Assembly (NCBI GenBank): GCA_001600815.1
Contig: BCKZ01000008.1
Span: 310,001 to 374,000 of the forward strand
Direction: 5' to 3'
Length of the DNA stretch: 64,000 bases
DNA from: Alloascoidea hylecoeti
Lineage: Eukaryota
This document shows positions 37,510-51,130 of the stretch, one piece after another. A program made the position numbers and the translations under genes. Position 1 is the first letter of the stretch. Each line of letters starts with the position of its first letter. Under the pieces are notes generated by a model. That model had not been told where the DNA came from and ran no database searches. It saw nothing but the letters and a program-made list of their open reading frames with translations.

Positions 37510-38561
37510 TTAACGAAATTCATAAGATCCAACATTTGAATTGGTATTAGTAACATGAGATAATTCTAATTGTTGAAAACTTTTTGAAGTTTGATGATAA
37601 TAAAAACCAGATATATTACCATCTAATTGATTAAAACAAATATAATAAAATCCAGCATATGATGTATTTTCATTAATATCTATTAAATTAAAAAAATTAT
37701 TAGTTGAATCACCTTGATTTGAATTTGGTGGGATTATAAATAATTCTTTCCATCTCATAAATATATAATCACTTTTTCTAAAATTTTCATCAAAGTAAAT
37801 ATTTGTTTTTAGATGTTGAAGGGATTTGAAAGATGGATTTGATAATGATAATGATCGTAGAGGTGTTTTGTTTAAATTTATATCATTACAACAATTACAA
37901 TTAACATTTGAATTTGATTTGTCTTTAAAACTTGATATATTTGTATTTGATCTATCTGCATTATTTTTATTATTACTGTATTGCTTTGAAATAATTGATT
38001 TTGTAATTATACTTGGTATACCTAAATTATCATTTGTTTTATATATTTCAGGTAAATTTCTCCATGCTTGAAAACGACTCCAATGCATTTTATCAATTTT
38101 TGGTGATGAACCCCATTCAGGATTTTCTGTATAAAAAGAATATTTGGGTCCAATAATTTCACCAGTAAAGAAAGTTGTTAATTCAGGTTGATATACAGTA
38201 AGATCTATGTGTAACGGTATTGGTTTTGGTTAGTATTCCGGGATTGGAACAAGGAACAAAGACGTTTGATTTTAGAATATGAATATAAATACGAATATAA
38301 GATATAAATATATATAGAAGAAGTAGTGAATATATGAATATATAATTTCAATATAAAATACATACTCTGTATTCTTAAAAAGCCCGATAATTTAGATTTA
38401 TCGAAATCAACTTCTTTTAAATGAATCTGTACCTCATGAGTTCTTTTATCAGAAAGTTGGGTACCAATAAAACACGACCCAGGTCTTAAAAAAGAAGTAT
38501 ATTGGCCTTTACTTTTTGAAAACAGATCATCATAATAACGAGAATTCATCCGGGAAATCAT
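37510..38561 (-). CDS. VID24: GID complex substrate receptor Gid4/Vid24, 1 intron
   Basis: SFLRPGSCFIGTQ, intron 38205-38365, LTTFFTGEII..WGS..D.MHWSRF, IFMRWKE, YAGFYYICF, GFYYH..FQQLEL. Confidence 0.9.
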
Positions 38562-38709
38562 TTTTGAGGTTTGTTCAAATATTAAAAGATATTAAAGATC
38601 GTTTATAATTATATTTTTGATATTCCGAGCCGGTTAAAAGGAACATATACCTGCATAAATACATAACTCTAACAATATTTAATATGAGAATCATTCCACT
38701 ATCTAATAT

Positions 38710-39513
38710 TTATCTTGCATTTAATGAATAACCATGAAACCAAGTCCATAATCCGACCATAAATAATGAAAATGCTGCCATATACCACTCCAAATCAAAA
38801 AATATATATACCCATAAAGTACCCATTGGTGGAATCTTTTGCATTGTGGCATAATAACCTTCGTTATTTGCACACCAAATCACATAGCATCCAATCCATG
38901 TGGATATACAAGTAAATAAATTCTTGACGTGTCTATTATTGACATATGGATGAATGAAATACATGATAAGGTAAAGAACTATAGCATTTAAGTTAGTTTT
39001 TGTTTCTTTACGATGTAATGATGTATGAAAGATTTGCTTACCTATTACCGCTTTTATTAAATGTTCAACAAGTTCAGTAAAGTTAACTTCTTCAGTATAT
39101 TGTTTATATACAAAATAATCAATGAGAAGATGAAAAGAACTTAATGGTATAACATACATGGTATAATCCAAAAACTTGAGTATTCCATATTCTTCTTTAA
39201 CTGGTGGTTGATTTATGTTTGTGGTTGAAGAAGAACCTTTATTTATAGGAACACCATTAAATGGAATATTTGTACCAGGTAATGTTGATTTCCCATTATT
39301 TGAATCAATTTCAGTAAATTGTATTTTTTCATATATTTTATATTCTTCTTCTGTTAATTCAACTGTTTTATTTTGATGCGGTTGATTATTTTTAGAATTA
39401 TTATTTGATATTGATTGAAGTTTTTCAATTAATGTATGCTCTGGTTTAGAACGAGTTCTTAATGCTTCTCTATTTGCTTGATATCGTAATGGTTTTTTCT
39501 TTCTTTCTGACAT
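38710..39513 (-). CDS. Conserved fungal membrane protein with in-frame intron 38979-39041
   Basis: Several TM segments, HLLIDYFVYKQY, GYYATMQKIPPMGTLWV. A gtaagc...actaac...tag intron lies inside the ORF. Confidence 0.75.
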   Translation of the reverse strand: MSERKKKPLRYQANREALRTRSKPEHTLIEKLQSISNNNSKNNQPHQNKTVELTEEEYKIYEKIQFTEIDSNNGKSTLPGTNIPFNGVPINKGSSSTTNINQPPVKEEYGILKFLDYTMYVIPLSSFHLLIDYFVYKQYTEEVNFTELVEHLIKAVIGKQIFHTSLHRKETKTNLNAIVLYLIMYFIHPYVNNRHVKNLFTCISTWIGCYVIWCANNEGYYATMQKIPPMGTLWVYIFFDLEWYMAAFSLFMVGLWTWFHGYSLNAR

Positions 39514-39795
39514 GTTGTGAATATCTTTTTTTGTTAATGTTCAATGATGTTGATGATTATGATGATGAGGTGTTAATAATTGTTAACCTCCTGACTGCTT
39601 TTAAATTTCAAACAATGAACTGCAAAAATTTCATATATAACGTATAAGCAATATATCAGCTAAATCATTATTATATTATATTATATTATATTATACAAAG
39701 TTTCCTATTTTTATATCTAGTAGTAACGTAGTAATTTAACTTAAATTTTTATTTTCTCTTTTTGAGTCCAATACAATTGAACTAGCAAATATCAA

Positions 39796-41772
39796 TCAAT
39801 TAACATTAACATCATCCCATTTTAAAACCACACTATCTCTATTTGAATAAGAAACTGAAATCATTTTAGAATCACTGCTCCATGAAATACAAGAAACTGA
39901 AAAGTTATTATTATTTGAAATTCCATCAGGTGTGAAAGATCCATATTGATTTAATGGTATCATTTTATCATTAACAGATAATCCAAATACTTTCCATATT
40001 GTAATTATACCAGTTATTCCGCCAACTGCTAACCATTTGCCATCTGGACTAATATCAGCAGCATAAATTGAATCTTTTAAAGATGATGATGATTTTGTAA
40101 TTGATAAAACATTTGATGATAAATAATTCCAAATTCTAATTGTACCATCTAATGAAGTTGATAAAATTAATGAAACATTTTCAATACTTATTATCCATTT
40201 AACAAATATAATTGGAGATGTATGACCATATAATATACATTTACTTTTATTTGAACCACTTTGCCATATTCTAATTGTTGTATCTTGAGAACCAGAAGCT
40301 AATAATTTTTTTGATGAATCAACAGCTAATGAATTAATACCATTTGTATGACCTTTTAATATACCAATTGGTGAAGTTTCACCAACTTGACAAAATAGTA
40401 TAATTCCGCCTTTTAAAGAAACTGTATAAGTATTTGAATCTAACCAAACAGCATCTAAACTTGAATCAATTAATGAATTTAGATTATTATCTGTATTTAT
40501 ATTTATATCATTCATAATTGTATCTTCATCATTAATTTGTAAAATTTTATTAATACTTAATGAATCTTCATGATGTAAAGGATCACCAGTAATTGAATCA
40601 ATTACAATTATTGTACCTAAGCAATCAATTGAAACTAAATAATTATTTTCATTATTCCAACGTATTACAAAAATTGGGGCATGTTGTAAACTTATTATAT
40701 TTCTTAATTTTCCATCAATTGTCCAAATTCTTAATTCACCTGATTCATCTGCTGTTGCTAATAATTTACCATTTGGGGACCAACTAATAACTGTTATCGA
40801 TTTATTATCACCTGGACTTATTGAATGTCTTAAAGGTATTACTGAATCATCTTGTGGATTTGTGGTTGTAGTTGGGATTTGAATCTTATTATCTTTTTCT
40901 TCTTCTATTGTTTTTGTTGTTGTGGAATTAATTGATTTAATACATGCAAATGATACTTTTTCACCCCATGCTAATATATTTGAATTTGAAGGATTCCATT
41001 GACAAGTTTCACTTGGTTTAAATTTATAAATTAATGATAATTGTTGTATGATTATTTTATTACTTCCATTACCATTTATATTTATATTTTGATATTGATT
41101 TTGAATTGTAATTGGAGTTGGAAGTGTTTGTGTTTGAGTTGACGTTGATGTTAAATCATTTACAACATTTCCATTACGCCTCATATTATCATTTATTATT
41201 CCATTATTGTTATTTATGTTTGATGAATCTTTTTCTATATTTGTATTATTGTTGTTATTTTGATTGATATTGCTGTTATTATTAATATGATCATTATCAA
41301 TTTTACCATTTTCTAAATTTTCATTTTCAGATTCTAAAGCACCAAATATTGTTAAAGGATTTGGAATTTTATATTTCCCACCAAAATTATAATCATAATC
41401 ATAATCATTATTATTAATTTTATCATTATCATTACCATTTAAATTTAAATTTGTATGAGAATTTGAATTTGTTATAGCATTATCTAAATTTTCTTGATCA
41501 TCAACTAAATGTTCACATTGACTATATAATATACCTCTTTGAACTAAATTTACAAGATAACCTTGTGGGATTAAATTTCCAAGTTCTTTATCAGATTCAT
41601 GAGCTTTTGATTCTTTTTGTAAAGCATATGTTGTTAATTCAAAACCTGAGATATTTCAGTGTTAGTTATATAAATATAAATATAAATACGAATATAAATA
41701 AATAAAAAACATACCAGATTCCTGGAGATATCTCCATATCATGTAGTTCAACTGATCGCTTGTTAGAGACAT
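39796..41772 (-). CDS. SIF2: LisH + WD40 protein of the Set3/TBL1 family, 1 intron
   Basis: MSLTSDQLNYMIWRYLQESG|FELTTYAL LisH across intron 41646-41714, LVNLVQRGILY, then WD40 repeats. Confidence 0.88.
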
Positions 41773-41902
41773 CTGATAAGTAAGTCATATAAATAAATAA
41801 ATAAGTTTTCTTGTTGGTGTTGCAAAACAATAAAATTCAAACTTCCACACATCATTTTCATATTCATTAAAATATCATAAACTTTCAGAAATATTCAAAA
41901 AT

Positions 41903-42931
41903 ATGAAGTTCTCAATAAATTGTATGAAATGTTTGATTCATGATCATTCAACTGGTTTTATAAACAATAAACCATCCATAAACATTAATAAATATCGATT
42001 TGTTCACACAACTTCAACCTCAAATTCTAATAATTACTCATTACCCCATTGGCCAACATCATTAAGTCCCACTCCATATGAAATATTTGGAACAACTCCT
42101 GAAACCTTTGATATTAAAAAGATTAAAAAAGTTTATCATCAATTAGTTAGAATTTATCATCCTGATTCTTCAATCTCTTTACATAATAACAATTATAATT
42201 TGAATGATAAGATTTCAAAATCACATTTAAATTTACATTCAACAAATATAACAAATACAAATACAACAAAATTAAAACTTGATAGATTTAAAAAAATAAC
42301 AAGTGCGTATGAAATTTTACGAGATGATCAAAAAAGAAGATTGTATGATAGATATAAAACTGGTTGGGAATATTCAGGATCTCCAACTTCAAGATCAAGA
42401 AATACAAACACAAATAGATACACAAAATCACCATATATGAATGATCCTGAATATTGGAATGCTGGAACATGGCAAGATTTTCAAAGAATGAAAGATCGTA
42501 AAGATGGTAAAACAAAAGATTATAAATGGCCAATATTAGGTGTTCTATTATTCTTATCAATTTCTTTCTCATATATTCAATTAATGCATATGATTGAAAG
42601 TGGTGCTTTTGGAGCAAGAGGTTCTGGTGGACATGGGAAAAGATATGGTAATACTCAATATCAAGAATCGTTAAGGGCAATTCAAAGAGAACAAGATAAT
42701 TTAAAATATTCAAGAGATGTAGGAGATGATGTGGATGATGAATTAATTGCAAAACAAGAAAGAATTCAAAGGTTTTTGGAAAGAAGGGAACAGGAGTTTA
42801 AACTCAAGGATGAATTAAGAAGACTTCAACATGGGAATTTAAATAATAATGTTAATAATAACATTAATAATGATGATAAATTTACAGGAAATACTTTATT
42901 AATTACAGATGGAAAAGATAAATCAAACTAA
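41903..42931 (+). CDS. JID1: Mitochondrial J-domain protein
   Basis: WPTSLSPTPYEIF, YHPD, RFKKITSAYEIL, YWNAGTWQD and one TM segment. Confidence 0.75.
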   Translation: MKFSINCMKCLIHDHSTGFINNKPSININKYRFVHTTSTSNSNNYSLPHWPTSLSPTPYEIFGTTPETFDIKKIKKVYHQLVRIYHPDSSISLHNNNYNLNDKISKSHLNLHSTNITNTNTTKLKLDRFKKITSAYEILRDDQKRRLYDRYKTGWEYSGSPTSRSRNTNTNRYTKSPYMNDPEYWNAGTWQDFQRMKDRKDGKTKDYKWPILGVLLFLSISFSYIQLMHMIESGAFGARGSGGHGKRYGNTQYQESLRAIQREQDNLKYSRDVGDDVDDELIAKQERIQRFLERREQEFKLKDELRRLQHGNLNNNVNNNINNDDKFTGNTLLITDGKDKSN

Positions 42932-43391
42932 TACCAATCTTATGGATAGATATACTAGATAAGTGTATAGTTATAGACTCAGAGCTGGTATCTGATAAAA
43001 CTAATTTTAATCAATTATAAATGAAGATTATAATAACAATAATAAAACACATTACTAGCTATAACTTATATGTTTGTATGAAATTAACATATTGAGGATA
43101 TTTTGAACCATTATTATGGTAAATAATATTGAGTATTCGTATTAGAATCTGTATTATATTATTTACTCTATATTATATAGCTTTTGGAATTTTCAATTGA
43201 ATAATAATGATCAAACTTGAATTCTTTAAGGATAGCAATCTATTTAGAATGTGTGGTATAGCAGTTTTGTTTGTTTTGTTTAAAAAGAATCATGATATTA
43301 TGTATATGGTGTACAAAATTGATATTTAATAAGAAATGATAAAATGATAAAAGATAAATAGAAGAGAAATATTAATATTATATGCAAAAAA

Positions 43392-44336
43392 TTAATAAAC
43401 CAAAGTTGAAGTTGAATTTGAATTAGAATTAGAATTTGAATTTGAATTTGAATTTGAATTTGAATTTGAATTTGAAGATTTTAATTTTTTATTTGAAATT
43501 GATAATGCTTGGGCCAATGCTTTTCTAGCATCAAAAGTTTGTCTTTTTATAAAATTTGATGATGATGATGGTAAATGAGTAGGTGTTTGAATATAATTTT
43601 TTTTAGAAGATTCTAAAAGTTTTTTAGTTGTTGACAAACCACCTGGAGTTGATAAACTAGGAGTTGATAAAAATAATGATTTATAATTAGATAATGGAGT
43701 TGCTGTTCCAATATCAAATAAACCATAATTATTTGAATTTTGTTCATCATCTATATTAATTGTTTTATCAAACATTTCAGTATCAATATCTAAACTTGCA
43801 GTTGGAAGTAATGGATCATTAATTTCTAATTCTGATGATTTTATAGTTTTGATGATGTTAATATTATTAGATGATGATAAATGGCATGGTGCCATATAAG
43901 TAAAACGAGGGGATTCTTTTGATATACATTGCTTTTTATGTTTGTGATAATCTTCATTTTGTTGATTATCTGATGCGAATTTTTCACGAATTATGGCTTT
44001 ACCATCAGGACCAATTGATAAAGATAATTTTCTTCGTCGATGTTTTTCAAAAGTACTTGATCGAGACGCAGATCTGGAAGCTGGAGCAGATTTCACAAGA
44101 CGAGTGTTCAAACACGGAGTACTTGAACTTGCATCAGGCTCTAATTTCCAATCAATTGGTTTCCATGATAAATGTAGGGCGGAAGGAGTAGGAGCATAGA
44201 ATCCATTCACAATTGGTGAAGAATACATGGTGAAGGGGAAATTTTGCTTGAGACTGACAGGTGTTGTGGGTATGTTGACACCAGAACCAACCAAATCACA
44301 CTGTGTCAAATTATCAGAATGAAGAGTGTCGTTCAT
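43392..44336 (-). CDS. Hypothetical S/T/P-rich protein with an (SN)n tail
   Basis: 314-aa ORF; the (gaattt)n microsatellite at ~43415-43474 encodes the SN repeats. Confidence 0.6.
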   Translation of the reverse strand: MNDTLHSDNLTQCDLVGSGVNIPTTPVSLKQNFPFTMYSSPIVNGFYAPTPSALHLSWKPIDWKLEPDASSSTPCLNTRLVKSAPASRSASRSSTFEKHRRRKLSLSIGPDGKAIIREKFASDNQQNEDYHKHKKQCISKESPRFTYMAPCHLSSSNNINIIKTIKSSELEINDPLLPTASLDIDTEMFDKTINIDDEQNSNNYGLFDIGTATPLSNYKSLFLSTPSLSTPGGLSTTKKLLESSKKNYIQTPTHLPSSSSNFIKRQTFDARKALAQALSISNKKLKSSNSNSNSNSNSNSNSNSNSNSTSTLVY

Positions 44337-44830
44337 ATTTTCTTATTAAACCTTTTGGAAATTGGTGGATAGTCGTAAAAAAAAAGGTCTTAAAAATCTA
44401 AAAAGGTTTTAAATAACAACACAAAGTTGAATTTTGCATCTGCCGTTTCCAGGAGGATCAGATCACGATTAAACATTTTAGTGAAATTGTCATAAATAAG
44501 ATAGAACCATGGCTTAATCCATCACCAAAATACTCGTTAACATTCCATTTTCATTAATATCACCCCAATAAAAACTTATGTATATCTCTTCTTTATCATT
44601 ATCGGTTATTAATATAGGTTAGGTTGGTATATAAATAGATAATCTTTCCTCTAATAAAAGACCATCTGAATATCATTCGCTCGGATTCATTCTTAATTAT
44701 TGTCTATAATCTACTACATATCTCTAAAATTAATGAAATTGATGAAAATGATGAAATTGAGAAATTGATGAAATTGGATTAAATAAATATTGCTACATCT
44801 TTTATTTACTTAATTATTTATAATCGATAT

Positions 44831-47338
44831 CTATATATACTCAGAATAACCTCCGTTTCCCATAAACATAACTCTAGTTTGTCTTTTCTGTATACGACTT
44901 GCCCTAAGTTTCTTCTTATCATTAAACTGTTGTTGTTGATATTCTCTGTTTCTCTGTCTTTCTTCTTCCTCTTTTTGATCTTGTAATTGTTCATTACGTT
45001 GATATTTTAATCCATGTCTTTCACAAAGTACTTTATCTTCAACAACAAAATAATCCCCTCCAATTTCTATACCACATTCCCAACATTTTAAACAATTTAA
45101 ATGAAATCTTTCAATTTCTTTCAAATAATTAAAACTTTCCAAACATTGCCCTTCAATTGGTTTATGACAATGATAACATAAGCTATTATTTAAATAATGA
45201 TAATGATATTGACAATATGGTAAATTATTATAAATATAAAATTCAAGATTATTTCTTGAATTTGAATTGGGATTTAATAATGTTTGAGAATCAGATTTTG
45301 ATTTTTTATGAGAATTAAAAAATTTAAATTCACAATTATCAAAAGAACATTTAAAGCAATGTTTATGCCACTTTCCTGATAATGAACCATCTTTACTCCA
45401 TACGGATTTTCCATGGATTGGTTTATCACATCCACGACATATATCTGTTGATGTACTTTCATTACCACTTCTTTTTTTATGTTGTTTTTTAATATTTTTT
45501 ACTTGTTTTGGTTTTGAATTTACTTCTTGTTGAATTGGTTGTTGTAATTGTAATTGTGGTTCTTGTTTTGGTTGGTTGGATATTCGTAATGGTTTAAGTG
45601 TTTGAGAATTGTAATTTGAAATTTTACTGTTTGAGCTACTGTTGGTAATTTGAGTTTGAATTGAATTAGATGATGATGATGATGATGTGACTGATTGAGG
45701 ACTTACTCTCTTCCTTCCAAGTTCTTTTTCTTGTCCATATGTATTTTCATTTTGGTACATATTTTCATGTTGATATGTATTCTCATCTTGATGTGCATTT
45801 TCATTTTGATATGGGGTTTGATATGGAGTTGGCTGTTGATTTGAATGTTGAGTTGGATATCGATTTCGATGCTGATTTGGATACTGATTCTGATATGAAT
45901 TTGGATTGGGATACTGATTGGGATACTGATTGGGATACTGATTTGGGTATTGATTTGAATGCTGATTAGGATGCTGGTTTAGATGCTGATTAGGATTTTG
46001 ATTTGGATGCTGATTTTGATATTCATTTGGATATTGAAATCGTGGATCAAAATTATTTCGATCTTGATATTGTTTTTGAAATTGCATTGCATTCTGTTGT
46101 TGCTGCTGCTGCTGCTGCTGTTGCTGTTTATATCCAACTGCATTAGGATTTGCACCATGCGGATATTGTTTCTGATTCATCTCATAATGATCATTATATT
46201 GAGAATTTAAACCTATCTGAGGTTTATAATCATCTTGATACTGAGATCCCATTTTTTTTGGAGTTCCCTCGTCATGGTGAAGTTCTAATGAATCATGAAC
46301 TGATGGTATATCATCACTTGAATAAACAGATGATGTAGTAGAAAATCGATTTTGATTCATAGTTGGTGGTGAATAATCATTTATATTATAATCATTATTA
46401 GTGAAAGGTGTTGGCTTGATTGGAGGTTCTTGGGAATAATTATTTGTAATAGATGAAGGTTTTGGTTGTAGAATATTAGGTTGTTGTTGATAATTGTTAT
46501 TATTAGACTGAGTATAATTATGATTAATATTAATATTAATTTGCGATTGACTTTCATTTGAAACTTTTCTGTTTATATTCCGTGGTGGTGGAGAATCCTG
46601 CCTTACACTTGAAGAAGAAGTAGTATGATAAGATTGTCCTTTTATACTTGAACTAATAACATTCGAATTTTGAGATTCATTTCTAGAACGATTATAACTA
46701 TTATTTAAACCTTTAGATTTACTTAATTTTTGATGAAGAGAGTGTGCTAATGCGGTGGGTGTTTGAATAGGGTCTGCCTTTAAGGGAGGTGTTACAAATG
46801 TTGCATATCCACGGCCGGGATTTCCAAAACTTGGATTTGTTGTAGGATTTCTATGATAATTTTGATTCATTGAATTTTGTAATAAACTTGGTTCTGTGCT
46901 GGCACGAGAAAGAGGTTTTAATTTGGAGTTTTGTTGAGAAAAAAGAGACTGGGTACTTCTGCTACTATTACTATAGTTTTTAGAGTGACGAGGAAAATTA
47001 TATGTGATATCGTTTGAAGATGAAGCAGGATGGTAACCAGAGTATCCATTTGCGAGATGTGAGTCCACAGCTAAATCTTTCGAAACAACCGGTGAATCAT
47101 GCGACTTATACAACAACCCTTGGTCCAGCCTTGGCGATGATGATCGTGCTAAGTTAATACTGGATTCAGCTATTTTCATTCTGTGAGATATTAAAGTAGG
47201 GCTAATGTCAAATCCTGCCCGTTCATAAACTCCCCGAACTGGGACGCCAAGTGCTAACGGAGGGAAAGGCGAAAACATATTGCTATGATCCATTCGGGGG
47301 ACGCCCTGGTCAAGTTCAGCTTGAGAATACATTGTCAA
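44831..47338 (-). CDS. PXL1: Paxillin-like double-LIM protein
   Basis: CRGCDKPIHGKSVWSKDGSLSGKWHKHCFKC...PYCQYHYH..C..C..PIEGQC..FHLNCLKC..C. Poly-Q and NQYP repeats in the N-terminal region. Confidence 0.85.
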   Translation of the reverse strand: MTMYSQAELDQGVPRMDHSNMFSPFPPLALGVPVRGVYERAGFDISPTLISHRMKIAESSINLARSSSPRLDQGLLYKSHDSPVVSKDLAVDSHLANGYSGYHPASSSNDITYNFPRHSKNYSNSSRSTQSLFSQQNSKLKPLSRASTEPSLLQNSMNQNYHRNPTTNPSFGNPGRGYATFVTPPLKADPIQTPTALAHSLHQKLSKSKGLNNSYNRSRNESQNSNVISSSIKGQSYHTTSSSSVRQDSPPPRNINRKVSNESQSQINININHNYTQSNNNNYQQQPNILQPKPSSITNNYSQEPPIKPTPFTNNDYNINDYSPPTMNQNRFSTTSSVYSSDDIPSVHDSLELHHDEGTPKKMGSQYQDDYKPQIGLNSQYNDHYEMNQKQYPHGANPNAVGYKQQQQQQQQQQQNAMQFQKQYQDRNNFDPRFQYPNEYQNQHPNQNPNQHLNQHPNQHSNQYPNQYPNQYPNQYPNPNSYQNQYPNQHRNRYPTQHSNQQPTPYQTPYQNENAHQDENTYQHENMYQNENTYGQEKELGRKRVSPQSVTSSSSSSNSIQTQITNSSSNSKISNYNSQTLKPLRISNQPKQEPQLQLQQPIQQEVNSKPKQVKNIKKQHKKRSGNESTSTDICRGCDKPIHGKSVWSKDGSLSGKWHKHCFKCSFDNCEFKFFNSHKKSKSDSQTLLNPNSNSRNNLEFYIYNNLPYCQYHYHYLNNSLCYHCHKPIEGQCLESFNYLKEIERFHLNCLKCWECGIEIGGDYFVVEDKVLCERHGLKYQRNEQLQDQKEEEERQRNREYQQQQFNDKKKLRASRIQKRQTRVMFMGNGGYSEYI

Positions 47339-50300
47339 TGTGTTTTAATAGAAAAAAAAAAAAGAAGGTGCGAAATGAATATATTGACGGAATTATTGAG
47401 ATCAAATTAAAATCAGTTCAGTCCGCATTTTTAAGATTATTGTCCTGCATGGCCGCTGCTATTTAGATACGCCTCTTGATCCTTTGAGTTTTTAAGTATA
47501 ACTTCTGCATCTCGTATCGTGAATACACCCAATCACACCCTCTCGTATATTTCGCAAACATTAATCTTTATACTTTTTAGGGGTTTTCTTGCATCCAAGG
47601 GTTGAAAACTTGCAACTGATATAAATACTTAACTCTTTAAACACTTCAAAGCACCGAAGATTTATTAGTTATCCTCTATTGAAGTAATTAATCATGATGT
47701 ATTTTGAAAGATCTGAAACATAACTAGTCATTAACTATATATTAAATTTCATTGTCTTTATATAATATACTTAGTTGATCATGATTCTTGTTATATATTA
47801 GCTATATATAGTCTTTAGTTAGCTTCCATATACCATGAAAAATTCGTTAGCCGTTATTAATTTGCTGACTATTTTAATTTGTTCATTGATATATAACGGT
47901 ATAACTACTTAGCCATCTACTTGTTTACTTTGTAATTATTTAAATGATACATTGTTAAATGACTATTAAATGATTACAACTTATGCCGGTCCCCGCAAGA
48001 TTTATTTTTTTCTTTGTTAAATTAATCAATATATTATATTGTTCTATGTGTAGTTTTATTTAATTTCTTATATCTATTTCAACCTCTTAATCACTTTTTA
48101 TTCGAAAGTTTTACGAGTTTTGATGAATCTTCATCTAAAATCAACAAAACATAAATATTTTAATTTTATTGTTAATTCGTAACTGTAGGTGTGTGTCAAA
48201 CACATAACGTCTCATAATTTTGACATCTTAATTGGATTCTCAAAATCATTATATTATAATCTACGTTTCGAAAATTTCTCGTATAGAAAATACAAAGAGA
48301 ATCCTAGTGATTCGTATAGGTTCTTTCATATTACAGTACAAGGTAAATTGCATATCCAGGCTAAATTATATAATCCTATTGAACTATAAATAGCGCATAA
48401 ATAAAGAGGATTATTCTCTCGAACTCGGGTGTTCTTCCCCGATCCTCCTGCTGTATACGTAACAGTATACCTTAGAAAGTAACGCCTTGGGTAGCTCAAA
48501 TCTTTGTAAAGATCTGTTATCTGTCTGCTTGCAATTGGTAGTTGGAATGATTTGCAAGGCGAGACTAGTTTTATATATCTAATAAAGATTAATATTTGTT
48601 ATCAGATTTAATTTAAGAATGATGTTTTAACTTCATTTGAATTATTCGTCATTATTATATTATTACCCGCCGTGCATAATGATTATAAATATTTATAATT
48701 CAGCACGCTTCAAGGTTGAAAATTTTCAAATTTCAAATAAATTAAATTTAGAGATTTAGTATGGCACTGTTTGATACAATTGATAAGGAATTTGGTTTTT
48801 ATCTACTGATACTAGTGCTTAATAATAATGATTATTGATGATTAACGCCCTTAAGTTTAAATTTTAAGAATCGATAGAATCGATATCTTGCATATATGAT
48901 ACAGTATAAGAAAAATGAATTCGTGCAACAACACAATATCATTTGGCCATGCCTGACAATTCACTTTTGCCTATAGATCTACAAGTAATTATAACTTACA
49001 ATCATATTTTAGTTTGTTGTATAGGATGTTGTATAGGATGATTCGTTCATCCAGGCCTGTAACTACGAACTCAATTCGACAAATGTCAGACACAATTAGT
49101 ATTTCTGCACGAATTCATTTTTGTTACTCATGATTGTTTAGATAATCTCCTGTTATATCGATAGTACATGCTAGTGTTTAGCGTTTAGCCTATATAGTTC
49201 TCTTTACATACTTTTCCACTTAATGTTCTTTTGTTTTAGTATGTAGTACTAGCGGATCGTCAACCTCTTTGTTAAATCCTTTCGATTATCTTCCTTGTGT
49301 CTAATTGATAACTTATATCATTAACCTTGTGTTGCAATTGTATCTGAGCTCGCTACAATATACATGCATTTGGGGGAACTTTTATAAGATCTCAATCAAA
49401 ACCAAGTTTCAGGAAGCCAAAATTTTGGAAATCATAGCTTCCTTCTGGTTTCGGGGTATGGATATTTTGTTAATTATGTGATAATATATATACTAATCAC
49501 TCTTGGGATTTCCGTCAACTTGACGATCACAAGATGACACACGTATGGGCTAACGCACGCCAGTTATAAAAGAAATATGTCATATCACATGGCGTAACTT
49601 TCATTACATTATTGAATAAGTAAATTAGCTGGAATTACTATGCATATCATATATGCTTCCTAGATTATTTTAGAAAGAATTAGCTTCGGCAAGGGTGAAA
49701 ACGAGAAGGAGTAGTAATTTGGTGTCCTTAAGTTAGGGGACAAATCCCAGCGGTTTACGAAAAATTGTCGAATACTTACGATATATAATAATTCCAGCCG
49801 ATATATATAATAATAAAAGTGATTGTGCCATGTGATGATACATATCTGTTTTTTTAACGAGTGATATTGATGTATCATCATCTAGCTAACTATAGGCCTA
49901 GATAAGTTTCGTAACAACATATGCATCATAAGAAACAAAAAAAGTAAAACATTTTTTAAAAATTAACAAAATTGTTTAATATCTATATCACATGTAATCA
50001 TCTTAGGTGAGACACAGGAGAATCTGATGGAGCTTTTTATAGATTTCACAAGCGTTTGGTGTTGTTCGGTATGCGAAATATGCCATAAAGATGGAGGCCG
50101 TTTTCCGTATCATTCACAGTTGCACCGGTTCATCATTGTTAAGAATAGGTACAGTCTTGAAAATCCCTTCTTCACACTTGAATTAACTCTAGAAGATGGT
50201 CCATCCAAGTTTTCGAGTAAATTGAGATCTTTGAGTGGCTCTGACATAGGCCTAGATGAAGTAGCGCCAATAGCTCACATGTGCAGCAGATGAACAGCCT

Positions 50301-50489
50301 TCTCATCAAAATCGAATATTCTTCCATAAAATTACCCAACCACTTCATATTTTGTTCTTCTGCCTTTTTTAGTTATCTGCCCTTTTTAGTGAGCCCTACA
50401 CATGCAATAGATGTATTTTAAATCGGTTCAGTTGTGTGTGTGTTTTTTTATTAGGAATATAGTTGTATTATTCGGCAACATTTTCTACC

Positions 50490-51130
50490 GCTCCACTTCT
50501 TCAAGACTTCTTTTGCATTAAATAGTGATGTTATTTTTGAAACGAGAAAGTATGTTTTTGGCATTGCTTCAATACTTATCATATAGTTCCAATAAGTTAG
50601 CTTTATGTGAATTCCTGACCAGAGTGGGATAGATTGTTTGTCTTAGTTATAATTGTTGATTCTATTCAACAATAATTCCTGAAAGCGACCGTAGCAAATG
50701 GAGGCACCAATTGACCCAGTTGGTACTAGCACCTTAACCAATTCATTAACCTCACCGATCAAAAGCATTCTTTCATTTAAATTCCAAATTTTCTTTTTAT
50801 TATAATCATAATACCTACATAGTAATCTCTGTTGAATAATTACCTATATAAAACCTCTTCTCTATTGGAAACAAATTTATGTTTATATTTCAACTCAAGA
50901 TGCCGATTCTTAAAGGAACAGACAGCCATCCATCACCCATATAGTGACCGTTAACGGATTTTTTGAAACCTCTGCTATTGTCGGGCTTGTGTAAAATACG
51001 CGCTTCCATATGGTAAGAAATCCTGGTTTATCTGGGGTATAGCGAAACTTTGCAATTTCTTGAATATGGCTTGATGTTTCAGCATCCTTTAGAACTGGTC
51101 GCTGATGCCTGTGGAAACTGTGCTCTTTTT
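50490..51130 (-). mobile_element. pogo/Fot1 (Tc5-type) transposase relic
   Basis: MGDGWLS/FKNRHLELKY (CENP-B HTH-like W..F..RH..L) followed by YDYNKKKIWNLNERMLLIGEVNELVKVLV (IWNxDETG first-D region). Frameshifted. Confidence 0.55.

Noticed and set aside
45870..46130. NQYP and poly-Q repeats in PXL1
   Set aside because: Ordinary low-complexity expansions, common in this genome's proteins.
48400..48560. Possible further Tc1 HTH relic on the minus strand (IASRQITDLYK...)
   Set aside because: Too short and weak to support without a search.
49398..49452. Imperfect hairpin aaacca..ggaagc/gcttcc..tggttt
   Set aside because: Stems are short and could arise by chance.
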